Part shown: piece after piece, positions 32,645-46,281 of the stretch
Layout of the letters: each line of letters begins with the position of its first letter
How positions within the stretch are numbered: the stretch's first letter is position 1
Assembly: GCF_009914755.1 (NCBI RefSeq)
Contig: NC_060940.1
DNA: 64,000 nt
Source: the human T2T-CHM13v2.0 reference genome, Homo sapiens
Reading direction: 5' to 3' (one strand)
The notes under the pieces: model-generated
What the model was told of the DNA's origin: nothing
The model's database searches: none
Seen by the model: only the letters and a program-made list of their open reading frames with translations
Position numbers and translations under genes: made by a program

Positions 32645-33685
32645 ATGTGCATTTGGTGATGGTTTCTTAGGTATGACATCAAAAGTACAAGCAACCAAGG
32701 AAAAAAATAGAAAAATTTGACTTATTCAAAATTAAATTTTTTTTGTCTGTCAAAGCACATTATCAAGAAATGAAAAGTCAACCCACAGAATGGGAGAAAA
32801 TATTTGCAAATCTATAAGGATCTGGTATCCATTAGACTTACATATAATGAAAGAAAAAACTGTTCTAACTCAACAATGAAAACACAAGTCACCCTATATA
32901 AAAATGGGTATTTCTGTAAATAAGATATATAAATGGCCAATAAAACATGAAAAGAAATTCAACATCATTAGTCATTAGGGAAATGCAAATCAAAACCACA
33001 ATGAGTTACCACTTTACATTCACAAGGATAACTATAATTTAAAAAAAAAAAGAGAGAATGTGGAGAAGTTGGAACCCCAACTTTTGCTGGTGGGAATGTA
33101 AAATGGTATAGTCACTGTGGACAGCAGTTGGGCATTCTCTCAAATGGTTACACACAGACTTACCCTATGACCCAGCAATTCCACTCTTATGTGTATACCC
33201 AAGAGAATGGAAAAAATATATACACACAAAAACGTGTGAACTCATTCCATAGCAACATTCGTAGTAGCCAGAAGGTGGAAACAATCCAAAGTCCATCATC
33301 TGATGCATGGGTAAACAAAAGGTGGTAAATTCACGCAATGAAATATTACTCAACCATAAAAAGCAGTAAAATATTGATAATTGGACAGTATAGAGGAATC
33401 TTGAAAATATTATGTTAAGTGAAAGAAAATACACACAAAAGGCCACATATTCTATGATTCTATTTATGTGAAATGTCTGGGACAGACAAATCCATAGAGA
33501 CAGAAAGTAGATTAGTGGTTGCCAGGGTCTGAGGGAGAGATTAAGAAATGACTGCTGTGCTGATGGGTACAGGATTTTTTTTTTTTTTAGATGAGAATGT
33601 TCTGGACTTGGATAGTGATGGTTACATACCTTCTGAATATATTAAAAGACGACCAAATTTTGCACTTTAAGATGGTTAAGAACCC
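32645..33685 (+). mobile_element. L1MB 3' end
   Basis: gggaaatgcaaatcaaaaccacaatgag, gacccagcaattccactc, aaatccatagagacagaaagtagattagtggttgccagg. Confidence 0.9.
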
Positions 33686-36569
33686 AAAAGTATTTTGAAG
33701 GACTTTGATAAAATTAGAATAGATGATCTCATGTTTAACTAATAGTGTTAGAAACTTGTATTTCTACTACCTGCTAAAGTGCTTTTGTGAAACTCTGAAG
33801 ATTAACTTTTATTTGGTATGTGCTCTGAGCTGTTGTCTCAAGAGTACAATATTAACACATTTTACAAGAAGTTAAACAGTAATGAAATATCTTAGTTGTA
33901 ATTTGTATTAACAGACTCCAGAAAACTTAAAAAGACCCAGGTTGCTGATTTGAGATGCCCCTGGAATTAACGTATTTTTTAAAATGCTTCGTGGCAGAAG
34001 CTTTCTTAGCCATCCGCCTCTTGACCAGCTTTCTGGATTACCAACTCTCTCCATTCCCTTTGTTTCAGGACATGCTGAGTGGTTATGGCCAGGAGGTGTG
34101 CTAAGGTCTGGTGATGTAGTTCTGTTCTGACTAACTGAGTTGTGTCCTAACCACAAGTCAGCTGTGTTTGTTCCTAAATCTGTTTATGCCAGTCGTAGTA
34201 ATTTAACTAAATATTATGTAAACTGACAAAATATGAATGCAAAAAAATTTAGATGTTTAGAAACAAAGATATGTTGCTTAAATAATACTACAATATATCA
34301 GGTATGGGTGAGAAACTAAAAATATTGGGTTAAATTGTAAAATATAGATGCATTCTGTACTCAAGAGTCTTTTCAATTTTTACTCTACTTTAAAGAAGCA
34401 AAAACTCGAAGTCATAGACAGTGGTGGCTTATGCCAGAAGACCAGCACATCTGTAAAGAGACAAGAGATAGCCTTGACCCTGTATCAGAAGGCTGGCAAA
34501 TGAACTGATATTTATGCACTCGATAATTCAAGAAAAATGTTTTCAGATTTGTGTGTATCATTTTTAATGACTCCTCTTTAAACTTAGTTTTTCAGTTTAC
34601 CAACGAACTGGCATGATTCGTCAGGATTTCTGACTCTGGCTAATTAAGTGCCAAAGAACAGAATTCCAAATTAGGGGACTCATGGTCCCACTACTGCACT
34701 TAGTCATGTCTTAGACAAGTAAATCAAACTACATTTTTTTCATGTATTTTAAACGTAAATTTAAATTCCATTGATTCCTAATAGCAAAAGTTAAACACTG
34801 GAAAACAAAGTCTTCCCTTTTTTTAGATTCCCTTTCTCTTTCCCTTTCTTTCGTTCATCTCTTCCCTTTGTCCTCTTCCCTTCTGCTTTTTCTCCTTGCC
34901 TTAGAGAACTTGGAAATAGGAGTACAATATATTTTTTATCTGTTAAATAAAATATTTGTTTACTCTGTTTATAAACATTTACTTCTTAGCATTTAAATCA
35001 TGCTAATTATAATTCAACAAAATTACAGTTTGTTTTTAACCCAATAATTGCCAAATATGGAAATCATCCTTGCTTAAAATTAATCCTCTAATCAATTCTT
35101 ATTCTCTGAAATTCATTCATTATGAATACACTTAAAAACACAGTTGTTCAAACTGAAAAGACTTGGGTTTTGGCCATTTTACTTGGAGAACAAATAACAT
35201 TTTCTAATTCCTTGTCTTTTTATGTAGTAATTTAAAAGCTACATGTGTTTGAAACTTTTGCTAGTTCAAATTTTTATAGATGGATCATAATGAATATTTC
35301 AAAAAATGGTGTTTACTTAAGTGTTATAGTACTTACTAAGAATGTATCATGTTGGAGGGTTAGTGTGCAGTTTGCTCCATGTTGTGTTCATTTGAAAGTT
35401 ATTCCTCTAGTGAACAAGTTAAATAAACCCTCACACTGGCATTCTTAGAACTATAATAGCCACTTCCAGCACAGGAATGTTATATAACTTTTTCTATACA
35501 GTGTATTGTCAGTATTTGCTATTTTTATAGTATATTTTTTCTGTATACTTAATGGTTACACGTAAAAATCCAACAGCTACAAATAAAAACTCTACTTAGA
35601 AGTTATTTATTTGAAAGAATTATAACCTAGCAACAAAAAGATGTCCTGTTTATATGTAGTGCATCTACTACTGTAGATTTCATTTTCTTCCTCTCTGAAG
35701 TTTAATTCCAGTCATGCTTTCAGCATTTTGCAAAATGGAACAAGAGGAGAGGGTTTCCTTCATCGGCCATGAAGCTCCTGTTAAGCACTAAAGTGTGGTA
35801 ACTGCCTGTTTGACTAGGTCTTGCCTCCTTTGAGAGCAGGGATCATGATTGGTTCATCATTGGAAGCCCAGTGCCCAGCACAATGCCTAATAATGTAGGC
35901 CTTCAGTACACATGTTAAGGATTTGGACAAATGGATTTTTTTCACAACCTCGTGTCCCTCTTTCCCGTCTCCCATCACCCCACTCCCCAACATCTCTCTC
36001 TCCCAATTCTTTGCTCCAATTTATGTGCATTTTGGCACATACATATACCATGTTATCAGGGCAGGAATGTGAGCTCTGAAGTTGGAAACATGGCTTTGAT
36101 GTTAGTCTCTTAAGTTTGTTTAATCTTTCCAAGCCTTGGCTTTCTCATCTATAAAATGGGAATGTTGATACCCAGAGAGGGGTCATTAAGGCAAAATTAA
36201 GGAAAGTCTAGATTAGATTTAGTGTCAAGCTGAGTAAATATTCTTCCCATCTCTTCTTTTCAGTTGTCATTTCCATGTTTTTAAATTAGGAAACTAGGTC
36301 TCTAAGAGAGAAATGATTTGCCTGAAGTCAAACGGCTCTCTCTCCAGCCATACCCTTTTTTCAGCGTTCTGGCCTTGGGGACCTGTAGTTTCTCCAAGTG
36401 AACACTCTTTGTGAGTAGCCCCTCACTACTTATACCTGCCTTGGTGTTAATGATACCACCAGCCTTTCCAACTGCCCAAATCTGGAAACCTCAGCCATCC
36501 TCACCTCTTTAATCTTTACCTTGCAAATGGGCCATCCTCAAGCCTTGACGTTTTGTCTCTTCAATAGTA

Positions 36570-36876
36570 CAATCATGCACCACATAACATTGGTCCCATA
36601 CAATTATAATGCTTTATTTTTCCTGTACCTTTTCTATGTCTAGAGACACACATACTTACCATTGTGTTACAGTCACCTGTAACAGATGCAGCATTCAGCA
36701 CAGTAACATGCCGTACAGGTTTTTGTAGCCTACTAGCCATAGGCTATGCCCTGCAGCCTAGGAGTGTAGTAGACTGTACCATCTAGGGTTGTGTAAGTGC
36801 ACACTGTGGAGCGCACAAAACGAAATCATCTAACAAAGCATTTCTCAGAGTGTATCCCTGTCATTAAGCATGACTA
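36570..36876 (+). mobile_element. Tigger3a (MER7-type) DNA transposon inside an L2
   Basis: caatcatgcaccacataac...catacttaccattgtgttaca...catttctcagagtgtatccctgtcattaagcatgact; TA flanks. Confidence 0.85.
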
Positions 36877-37228
36877 TATTTGAATTTATTCCTGTTTCTG
36901 CATTTCCACTGTCTTCATTCCTCAGCATTTCAGCATGAGACTTTATCAGTAACTGGTCTCTGTCAGAATTATCTTTTTAAAATACAAAATCAATCATATC
37001 ACTGGTTTTTAGAGTCCACATTCCTTTACAGTTGTGCTTTACTGCACCAGCCTTATCTTCTACCACTCTGTGTCATGCCCTCTACACTGGCCCCATCCAG
37101 CTTTTTGCTGTTAGGTGATCTCTGTTTATGCTGCTTTCCTTTTACTGATGAGAAAAACTCTGTGCCTGGTGAACTCCTACTCATCCTTGAAGACTTCCCT
37201 AACTTACCCCAATACAATTAGACATTTA

Positions 37229-37597
<369 letters not shown>

Positions 37598-38929
37598 CTA
37601 CTACTTTTCACATGTGTATTAATAATTGCCTTTGACCTCTCTTCCCACTCATTGGGCAAATGATTTATCCTCTGTGTAAGATGAGAGGTTCAGCTAGACC
37701 ATTGATTCTCAATGCTTGGTACACAGTAGGATCACTCTGTCCCAAACCAATTGTAGCAGAATCTCTGGAGATTCCCCACCAACAACCCCTACCCATCAGG
37801 GATTTTTTTTTAAACCTCCCCAAATTATTATCATATTGTGAGGAGAGTTGAGAAGCACTTGTGAACACATATTAGCACTGATTTGGGGACTACCTTAGCC
37901 CAGTAGCCCAGTATATTTTAAAATATAAGACAATTATTATTGGTTCTATCTTGACTCCATTCAAAAAAATTAGTGAATGAATAGATGAAAAATGAAAGTG
38001 TAATGCCTCTTGGGTTTTTTTTTTCCCCCTGTATTTTTTTCCCCTACCTCTGGCATAGTATCTCACAATGAACTGGTTTGTTTTTTGAGAGAAGTTGTAT
38101 CCCAGGTTGATCTTACAGTATTATGCTGTATTTTTACTTAATGCTGGATAAATGTTGGCTTTGTTTCATTTTGAACTGCAGTTACGTTATTGGGATTTGT
38201 AAGATAGTAACTTTCTTCATTCATGCTGTCAGTTCTAGACAAATTAATATTTTATCACAATTTGTCCAGTGAAAGCTAAGTGATTGTTTTACTTTTGTAA
38301 CTAAATTATGGCCCAATGAGATAATCTGTTCTAGTGCCATTTCTTTAATATGTCAATTATTGACGACTATACAGAGAGTAGTCAATTCTATGTGTGATAT
38401 TGGATCTTATTTTCAAAAGAAAATCATCAAGTAGTTAAGTAGACCTTAAGGTGACAGCTTGCAAAATGTCAGAGTAGATTAGTCTATACCCTCTCAAAAA
38501 TGTTCATGAATATTAAGTTAAAATTTTTTGAAAACTTAATCTTTGCCTTTGCTACATTTTATAAAGATTTCCTTAGCTTATAATTTTCATAATTGGGAGA
38601 GATGTGTGGGAGTTTAAGGTGAGCATAAAGTCAAGCCATAATAGGTTGAAAAAATTCTTCAGTATGAAGAACAGATTATACTGCATGAAAATATTTTTTT
38701 AAATCTATACCTAAAGGATCTTCCAAATCATTAGCACTGATGTTCAGAGCTTGTACATCTTTCAATTATAAGGGCATTATGGTACTTGTATCTTAGAATT
38801 AATTTGATGTGAACAGATTTTATTTTGTATGAATAAATAATTTGAAATGAAAATTCAGAGTTTTGAAAAAGTCTAGGAGTTGTATTTTAATATTCCTTAG
38901 TGAAATAAGTAATTTGACATGCAGATTCA

Positions 38930-40005
38930 CCTAACATCTTTTTTGAAGTCTACTTTATTTGATATTAATATAGTCATCACAGGCTTCTTGGAATTCCTGT
39001 TTGCATGACCCGTCTTTTTTCTATCCATTTTCCACCCTATTTGTGTCTTCATATTTAAAGTATGTCACTTATATGCATACATTTATAGACTTTTAAAAAT
39101 TTATTCTGTCTCTTTTAATTAGAGCGTTGAGACCATTTACATTTAATGTAATTATTGATAAGGTTGGATTTAGGTCTATTTTGCTATTTGTTTTCTGCTT
39201 GTCCCATCTCTTTTTAGTTACTCATCTTTTCCTTCTTTTGGATTAATTGGGTATTTTTAAGAATGTGATGTTTTAGCTGAAACTATTTGTATTTTTTAAA
39301 TAGTTGTTTTAAGTAGTTGCATAAGATCTTCTCAGTCTACTTAAAGTTAAAATTACACTGTTTTCTTATGATGTATGGGAAAGTAAAGACACTGAAGATA
39401 TTTACCCCTCTTTCATCTTTTATGCTATAGTTGTCATGTATATTACATCTACATGTAGTGTAAACCTCACAACAGGGTGTTACAATTTTACTTTGAATGA
39501 TGATAATGTAGAATATATATAGAAATAATATAGAAATTCAGAAGAAAAGCTAGTCTTTAGTTTTTTTATCTACATGTTTACTATTCCTGATGCTTTTCAT
39601 TTCTGAAATCTAAGTTTTTATCTGGTATCACTTCTCTTTATTCTAAGTAAGTTTTTAAAGAATTTCTTGTAGTGTGGATCTGCTGGTGACAATTTTGCCT
39701 TCATTATTAAAGGATATTTCCATTGGATATGTAATTCAGATTGACAGTTGTAGAGACTCTAGATTCTGTTAGGTTTCTTCTTAAGAGTGGTGTTTTGTTA
39801 AGAGCAGGCAGTTAAGTTTGCTGAACTCTTGCAAGCTGTCTTTTCTTTGGTGGGCCGCACCAGAGATCTCAGTTCAGTTCTTTTTGCCTTAGCTGGGCTG
39901 CATGGAGTCTGCCCTGCATGTGTATAGTTGAGGGATCAGCCAGAGACTTGGAGCACAGTGCATACACCTGCCCCCCACCCCACTTTGCGGCTCGCTCATT
40001 TTTGG
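38930..40005 (-). mobile_element. Old L1M fragment
   Basis: gaccatttacatttaatgtaattattgata, atttcttgtagtgtggatctgctggtgac. Confidence 0.75.
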
Positions 40006-40009
40006 GAAC

Positions 40010-41060
40010 TAAATAGAAAGTCAAGTAATAGATCTATTTATGCATACTCAGTTGAATTTCAGCAAAGATGCAAAGGCAGCTTAATAAAGACAATCTTGTC
40101 AACAAATGATGGTAGAACAATCAAATACACATATGCCAAAAAAACCTGAAAAAAAGTTGATTCGTATTTCACCACATAAATAAAAATTAACTCAAAATGG
40201 ATCATAGACTTAAATGTAAAACGTGAAACTAGATCTAGAAGAAAACAGGAAGTAATCTTTATTACCTTGAGCTAATCAAAGATTTATTAGCTACAGCAAC
40301 AAAAACATGATCCATAAAAGAAAAAAAATTGATCATTAGTGGATTTCATCAAATTAAAAATACTCTCCATAAAACACTATTAAGAACATACAAAATAGCC
40401 TGGGATAAAATACTTGTAAATCATATATCTGATAAAGCACTTGTATCCAAAATATATTTTTAAAACTCTGAAAACTCAATAATAAGAAAATAAACCACCT
40501 AATTTAAAAAAAGAAATATTCGCTCAGATACTTACCTAAAGAAGATATAGGGATGGGATGGCAAATTAAAAGATGCACAGCATCATTAGTCACTCAGGAA
40601 ATGCAAATTAAAACCACAGTGAGATACTGCTTGCCCATTAAAGTGACTGAAATGGAAAAGACTGACCATATGAAGTACCGAGGATGTGGAACAACTGGAA
40701 TTCTCATACCCTGCTGGTAAGAATGTAAAGTGGTACAACCACTTTAGAAAACAGTTTGTCAGTTTCTTAAAAATTTAAACATAGAGCTGCCATGTGATCC
40801 AGCCATTTCACTCCTGTACAAGTATCTATATGGATACATGCTTTTACTTCTCTTGGGTAAATACAATCTTGGTATTTACCATTTGGATATTTGGTATTTA
40901 CCCAAGAGAAGGGAAAGCACATGTCCATATAGATACCTGTACGGGAGCATTTGTAGCATCCTTATTTGTAATAGTCAAAAACTGGAAACAACCCAGATGT
41001 CCATCAGTAGGTGAAAGGATGAACACACTGTGCTATGAAATGCTACTAAATAAGCAGACA
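40010..41060 (+). mobile_element. Old L1 (L1MC/ME) ORF2 3' fragment
   Basis: aaaattaactcaaaatggatcatagacttaaatgtaaaac, ggaaatgcaaattaaaaccacagtgag, aactggaaacaacccagatgtcc. Confidence 0.85.
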
Positions 41061-41614
41061 ACAAAGAATTTTATCGAATGTTTTGCCACTGCCATAACAT
41101 GGACTGACCATCCTTCTAGCCTCCAGTAACAGTTTTCTGCTGCCGACTTTGTAGTCCTTAAGCCAGTGTCACATGTTTAGAATTTTTGTTGTATCTTTGG
41201 TACTTCTGTTGCTGATTTCCATATCAGTCAGAATGAGCCAGGTTTTACTGTGATAACAACCCCAAATTTCAGTGACTTAAAAGTTTGTTTCTTTGTCATG
41301 AACTGTATGTCCATTGTGGGTTAGCTGAAAGTTCTGTTTTCTGTTATTCTCACCCTGAGACTCAGGCTGATAGAAGTCATTGTCTGAAACCTTCCTGGTT
41401 GCTGTGAATGTTGACTAATTTAAACTTGCTTGATATATAGGAGTTAAGATGAATTTTCAAGCCAGACTACTTCTTTATTTTCATCAGCATTTGTTGACTG
41501 TCTTTTCATTTTAGCATGCATTAAATCTTTAGTGCCACCAATGGCTATGACTTTCTTTAATCTGTGGTATTAAAAAATATACAAAATATATTTCAGCTTT
41601 ATTTACCTTATAAT

Positions 41615-41740
41615 TGCTTGTTTTTAGGTGGGAAGTATGTTATTCCTGTTAGATAAAGAACCTGAGGTCCAGAGAGGGTAAATGGATTAGTATGACCATA
41701 CAGCAGTAAAACTGGACTAGAACCCAGGATTCCCGTTTTA
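41615..41740 (-). mobile_element. MIR just upstream of the exon
   Basis: cctgaggtccagagagggtaaatggatt...ggactagaacccagg. Confidence 0.65.
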
Positions 41741-41805
41741 ATACTTTTGTGCAAATTGGAGAAACATAACTGCACCATCTCTTTACACATTCTTTATTTT
41801 GGCAG

Positions 41806-42022
41806 TGTCTTCAATAGGCCGTGTTTAAGAGGCGTCTTACACTCCCTGTTGCCAGTGGCTGGAACACAATGGATCACACAGGGGCGATAGACACCGAGGA
41901 TGAAGTGGGACCTTTAGCCCATCTTGCTCCAAGTCCTCAGAGTGAAGCTGTGGCTCATGAATTCCAGGAACTCTCCTTGCAGTCCAGTCAAAACTTACCC
42001 CCTCTGAACGAAAGGAAAAATG
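41806..42022 (+). other. MRTFB: Complete 217-nt MRTFB exon (63 nt 5'UTR + 154 nt CDS)
   Basis: Polypyrimidine tract and acceptor ttctttattttggcag| at 41790-41805; donor gtgagt at 42023-42028; in-frame upstream stop TAG at 41815-41817. Confidence 0.88.
41869..42022 (+). CDS. MRTFB: MRTFB (MKL2) first coding exon segment, N-terminal 51 aa + 1 nt, partial CDS
   Basis: ATG at 41869 (acaATGg, strong Kozak context). Translation MDHTGAIDTEDEVGPLAHLAPSPQSEAVAHEFQELSLQSSQNLPPLNERKN matches the recalled MRTFB long-isoform N-terminus preceding RPEL1 and resembles paralog MRTFA (PSPQSEAVA.E.QELSLQ...NLPPL.ERKN). Ends at a phase-1 donor AATG|gtgagt. Confidence 0.93.
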
Positions 42023-43062
42023 GTGAGTTCAGCATGTGCAATGGGATCTTTGATTTAAAGATTTCCCCTCTTTGGGAGCCCAGTTTATTCCTGTTTGGTA
42101 GTAATATTTTGGTCAGTTCAGCAGTCTGTCATGGAGGAGAACCCTGTAGAGGTACTGGATGGTTTTTAATAACAGGCAGAATTTCACTTTCCATTCAGTT
42201 CTTTCATTATTTTCCCAGTAAGTATCTTTGGTAGTGACGTTACCTTTGGAAATAATCTTTAGATTCAGCCATTTTAGCACAAGCAGATGATTTCATGCTG
42301 GAATGGCATTGGAAAGTAGGTTCCTGTGCTGATGCCGGGGAAGTACATTGTGGATATGACTGCATTCTCCTCCCACTTTCTCCATCTCCGGTGTGTTGCA
42401 CCGTAATTTCACAAGTGGCAAAGCTATCTCAGTGATGACTAAGAAGTCAGGAGCTTCTTATTTGAGTATTTATTATATTAATGGGTATTGGATATAGTCA
42501 TATTCTCAGTCTTTGGCTGCCTCATCTTTGTCTACAAAATGAATATTTTCTATTCATTATCTGTTCAGGAAATTTTCATCGCTCACAGAGATATTCCAGA
42601 GTCTCCAGAAGACACAATACTGTCAATTTTTAACATAAACAAATAGAGATAGATGACATATACTTTTAATACTTAAGATACAAAATCTAACAAAGTAATG
42701 TTAAAATTTGCAAACACTCTAAGCATGCACATTAAAAAATAGAATTAAGGTTTTTTTCTGGAATTACTATACCTTCCACAGTTCTGATGAGTCCCACACT
42801 CACAAGTATATTTGTAAATTTCAGTTTTTTAAAAGCCAGAAGAAATAAAACTGCTTTCCCTGCAGAGTGCCTCATTATGTACCTTGTCACTTACTTTCCT
42901 GGGTCCTGAGTGTTTTCCAGTCCTCCTACTTATTAGACTTACCTTATTTAGGAAAGTGGATTAAAAAAACCATACATATACCGTTCTTCTTAGGCCTTTA
43001 GTACATGTCTTTGGTATGTACTTGTTCTCCTTCAAATAAAATGTGTTTTGCTTTGTATCTGA

Positions 43063-43400
<338 letters not shown>

Positions 43401-43481
43401 AATTTTGATAGGTTTAAAGCAGCATCTTAGCTTAGGTGCTGTGAAACCTTCAGGATGCTGTGGTTAACTCACTGGTGATGA

Positions 43482-43808
<327 letters not shown>

Positions 43809-44423
43809 TTAAACCTTCCATCTTTTAAGAACCCACATTTACCTTAGACAGTAGCTGAGAGAATATAGCCATATTTACTGAAACATGACTAAGTGTGATC
43901 AGATTTACACAGTACACTTGGACCAGTATAATGTCCAAATTATTACCCTAAAAGAAAATAAGAGTTGAACTGTTATAAAATCAGAACACACAGTTGTGCA
44001 CAATAATGGTCTTCTGTAATGGGGAGGGAAGAGTGAGGAGACTTTATCCTTTATGGTCATTTACAGGAAAAGTTAATATGTATGCCAGAATATAAGGTGG
44101 CAAGCCCAAATATAAAGCAGTCTCCCCTTATAAACTTCTAAGGAAATAGATTAAATGGTAAAATTTTAAATTTATTAATGTAGTTACATTTTATGAAGCA
44201 TTGCAATAATGTAGAAGGATTGCTTTAACCACTCTCATTGTTCATAAAACCATCCTACTCAAAGTCTATATGTGAATCTTTGTGGTCAGTGTTTTTATCA
44301 GTAGTAGAACCCCTGTGCATCATCCATCTAGCACTAATTTCCAGGGTACATCTTCATTTCTGTCTCTTTGGTTTGAGTTACAGCAGCTTTGTAACATGTG
44401 CATGATTTGGCACTGAACATTTC

Positions 44424-44923
44424 TTTTTTTTTTTTTTTTTTCATTAGGCAAACATTTATTAAGCACTTAATATGTACAAGGGACAAGGGAGACGCATTTT
44501 TTAATGTTGTCTTTCTTTAGTAACAGTCAAAATACCACACAGAAAATAACTTAAAACTTAACCACAGTGTTATTATTGACCAATTGGGTTTAATACGTTT
44601 TCTTCAAAAGATGTTTGATATTTTGTAGGAGACAAAATAATTATTTAGCTTATGAGAAGATAGGGCATAATTTTGGAAATCCAGGCCTCTGAAGGATGGA
44701 GGTGCATGTTTTAGACACAAATAATCTTCCCGGTATCTTTGAATAAATCCCATATTTGGTAGTACTGATTCTTTTTTTTTTTTTTTTTATACTTTAAGTT
44801 TTAGGGTACATGTACACAACGTGCAGGTTAGTTACATATGTATACATGCGCCATGTTGGTGTGCTGCACCCAGTAACTCGTCATTTAACATTAGATATAT
44901 CTCCAAATGCTATCCCTCCCCCC
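44424..44923 (-). mobile_element. 5'-truncated young L1PA (~135 bp 3' end) plus ~330-bp 3' transduction
   Basis: L1 3'UTR 44789-44923; polyT 44772-44788; unique 44442-44771; antisense AATAAA 44455-44460; polyT 44424-44441; TSD ggcactgaa(c/a)atttc at 44409-44423 and 44924-44938. Confidence 0.92.
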
Positions 44924-45674
44924 GGCACTGAAAATTTCATGTCTAAATCACAAGTACCATTCACAAAACAGTTTTTTTTTTTAAATTGTCTTAGTTGTAT
45001 ACTCATAATCTCTATAACATAATACTTGTTTGATTTGTCATTGGTTGTTACATTTTATGGGGTCTAGTTTCTGTTTTAGAATTTGGCTTTTTTTAAGCAG
45101 ATAATGTATTCATGTGGTTTAAAATGTTATGATTACCTAGTGAAAAGGAGGTTACCCTCCCAATCTTGTCCCTTACCTGCACAGTTACTTTCCCAGAATT
45201 AACTGTTACTAGTGTTCTTTCTGAGAGAATAATATTTGACTACGTTTTAAAAAGCAGTTTTTAAAAGGCTACTTTGTAACGACACCCAACACTTTGCATT
45301 TTAAGGTTCTAACTGGGAATAATGTATTGGTTTTTTTCTCTTTTCCTTCTTTTTTCTAATTCTGATTAAAATATTTCTGTAAGCCTGAAAGTAGCTTCAA
45401 AAGAAGTTGGTTTTTAAGCCAATGTGTTTTCTTCAAGAGTCCTTTTTTGTTCAATACGGAGTAAATGAAAGAACATCTCATTCTGAGAAACTGTGCAAAG
45501 ACTCCACTATGAGATTGTTCCCTCTTTTCTAATAAATGACTTCAGGAAGTTATTATAGAAGCCTTATTTTATATTCAGACATATAATTTCAGGCTTATGA
45601 TATATTAACCTAATTTGCATATACATTCCAAGGCATAAAAGGCATCCTTATTTGGCTGTCAGAAATCTAGGTTT

Positions 45675-45930
45675 TTGGGGAAATGCTGCTCAAAGGATAC
45701 AAATTTCAGTTAGATAGGAGGAATAAGTTTAAGAGATCTATTGCAAAACATGGTAGCCAAGGTTAATAACAATGTATTGTATTGAAAATTGCTAAGATAG
45801 TAGATTTTAAGTGTTGTCACCACGAAAAAAATAGTAAACATTTGAAATAATGATGTGTTAATTCAATTGAGCAATTCCACAGTGCATACATATTTCAAAA
45901 AAAAGTACATGATAAATATATATAATTTTT
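45675..45930 (+). mobile_element. L1MA 3' end
   Basis: caaaggatacaaatttcagttagataggaggaataagtttaagagatctattg. Confidence 0.85.

Positions 45931-46281
<351 letters not shown>

Noticed and set aside
33910-34640. Possible ancient Tigger-like DNA transposon (also ~16780-17090)
   Set aside because: Too degenerate to assign a family or boundaries by eye.
42218-42230. 13-bp identity (gtaagtatctttg) with the Alu filler junction at 28647-28659
   Set aside because: Short AT-rich match 13.5 kb apart, compatible with chance.
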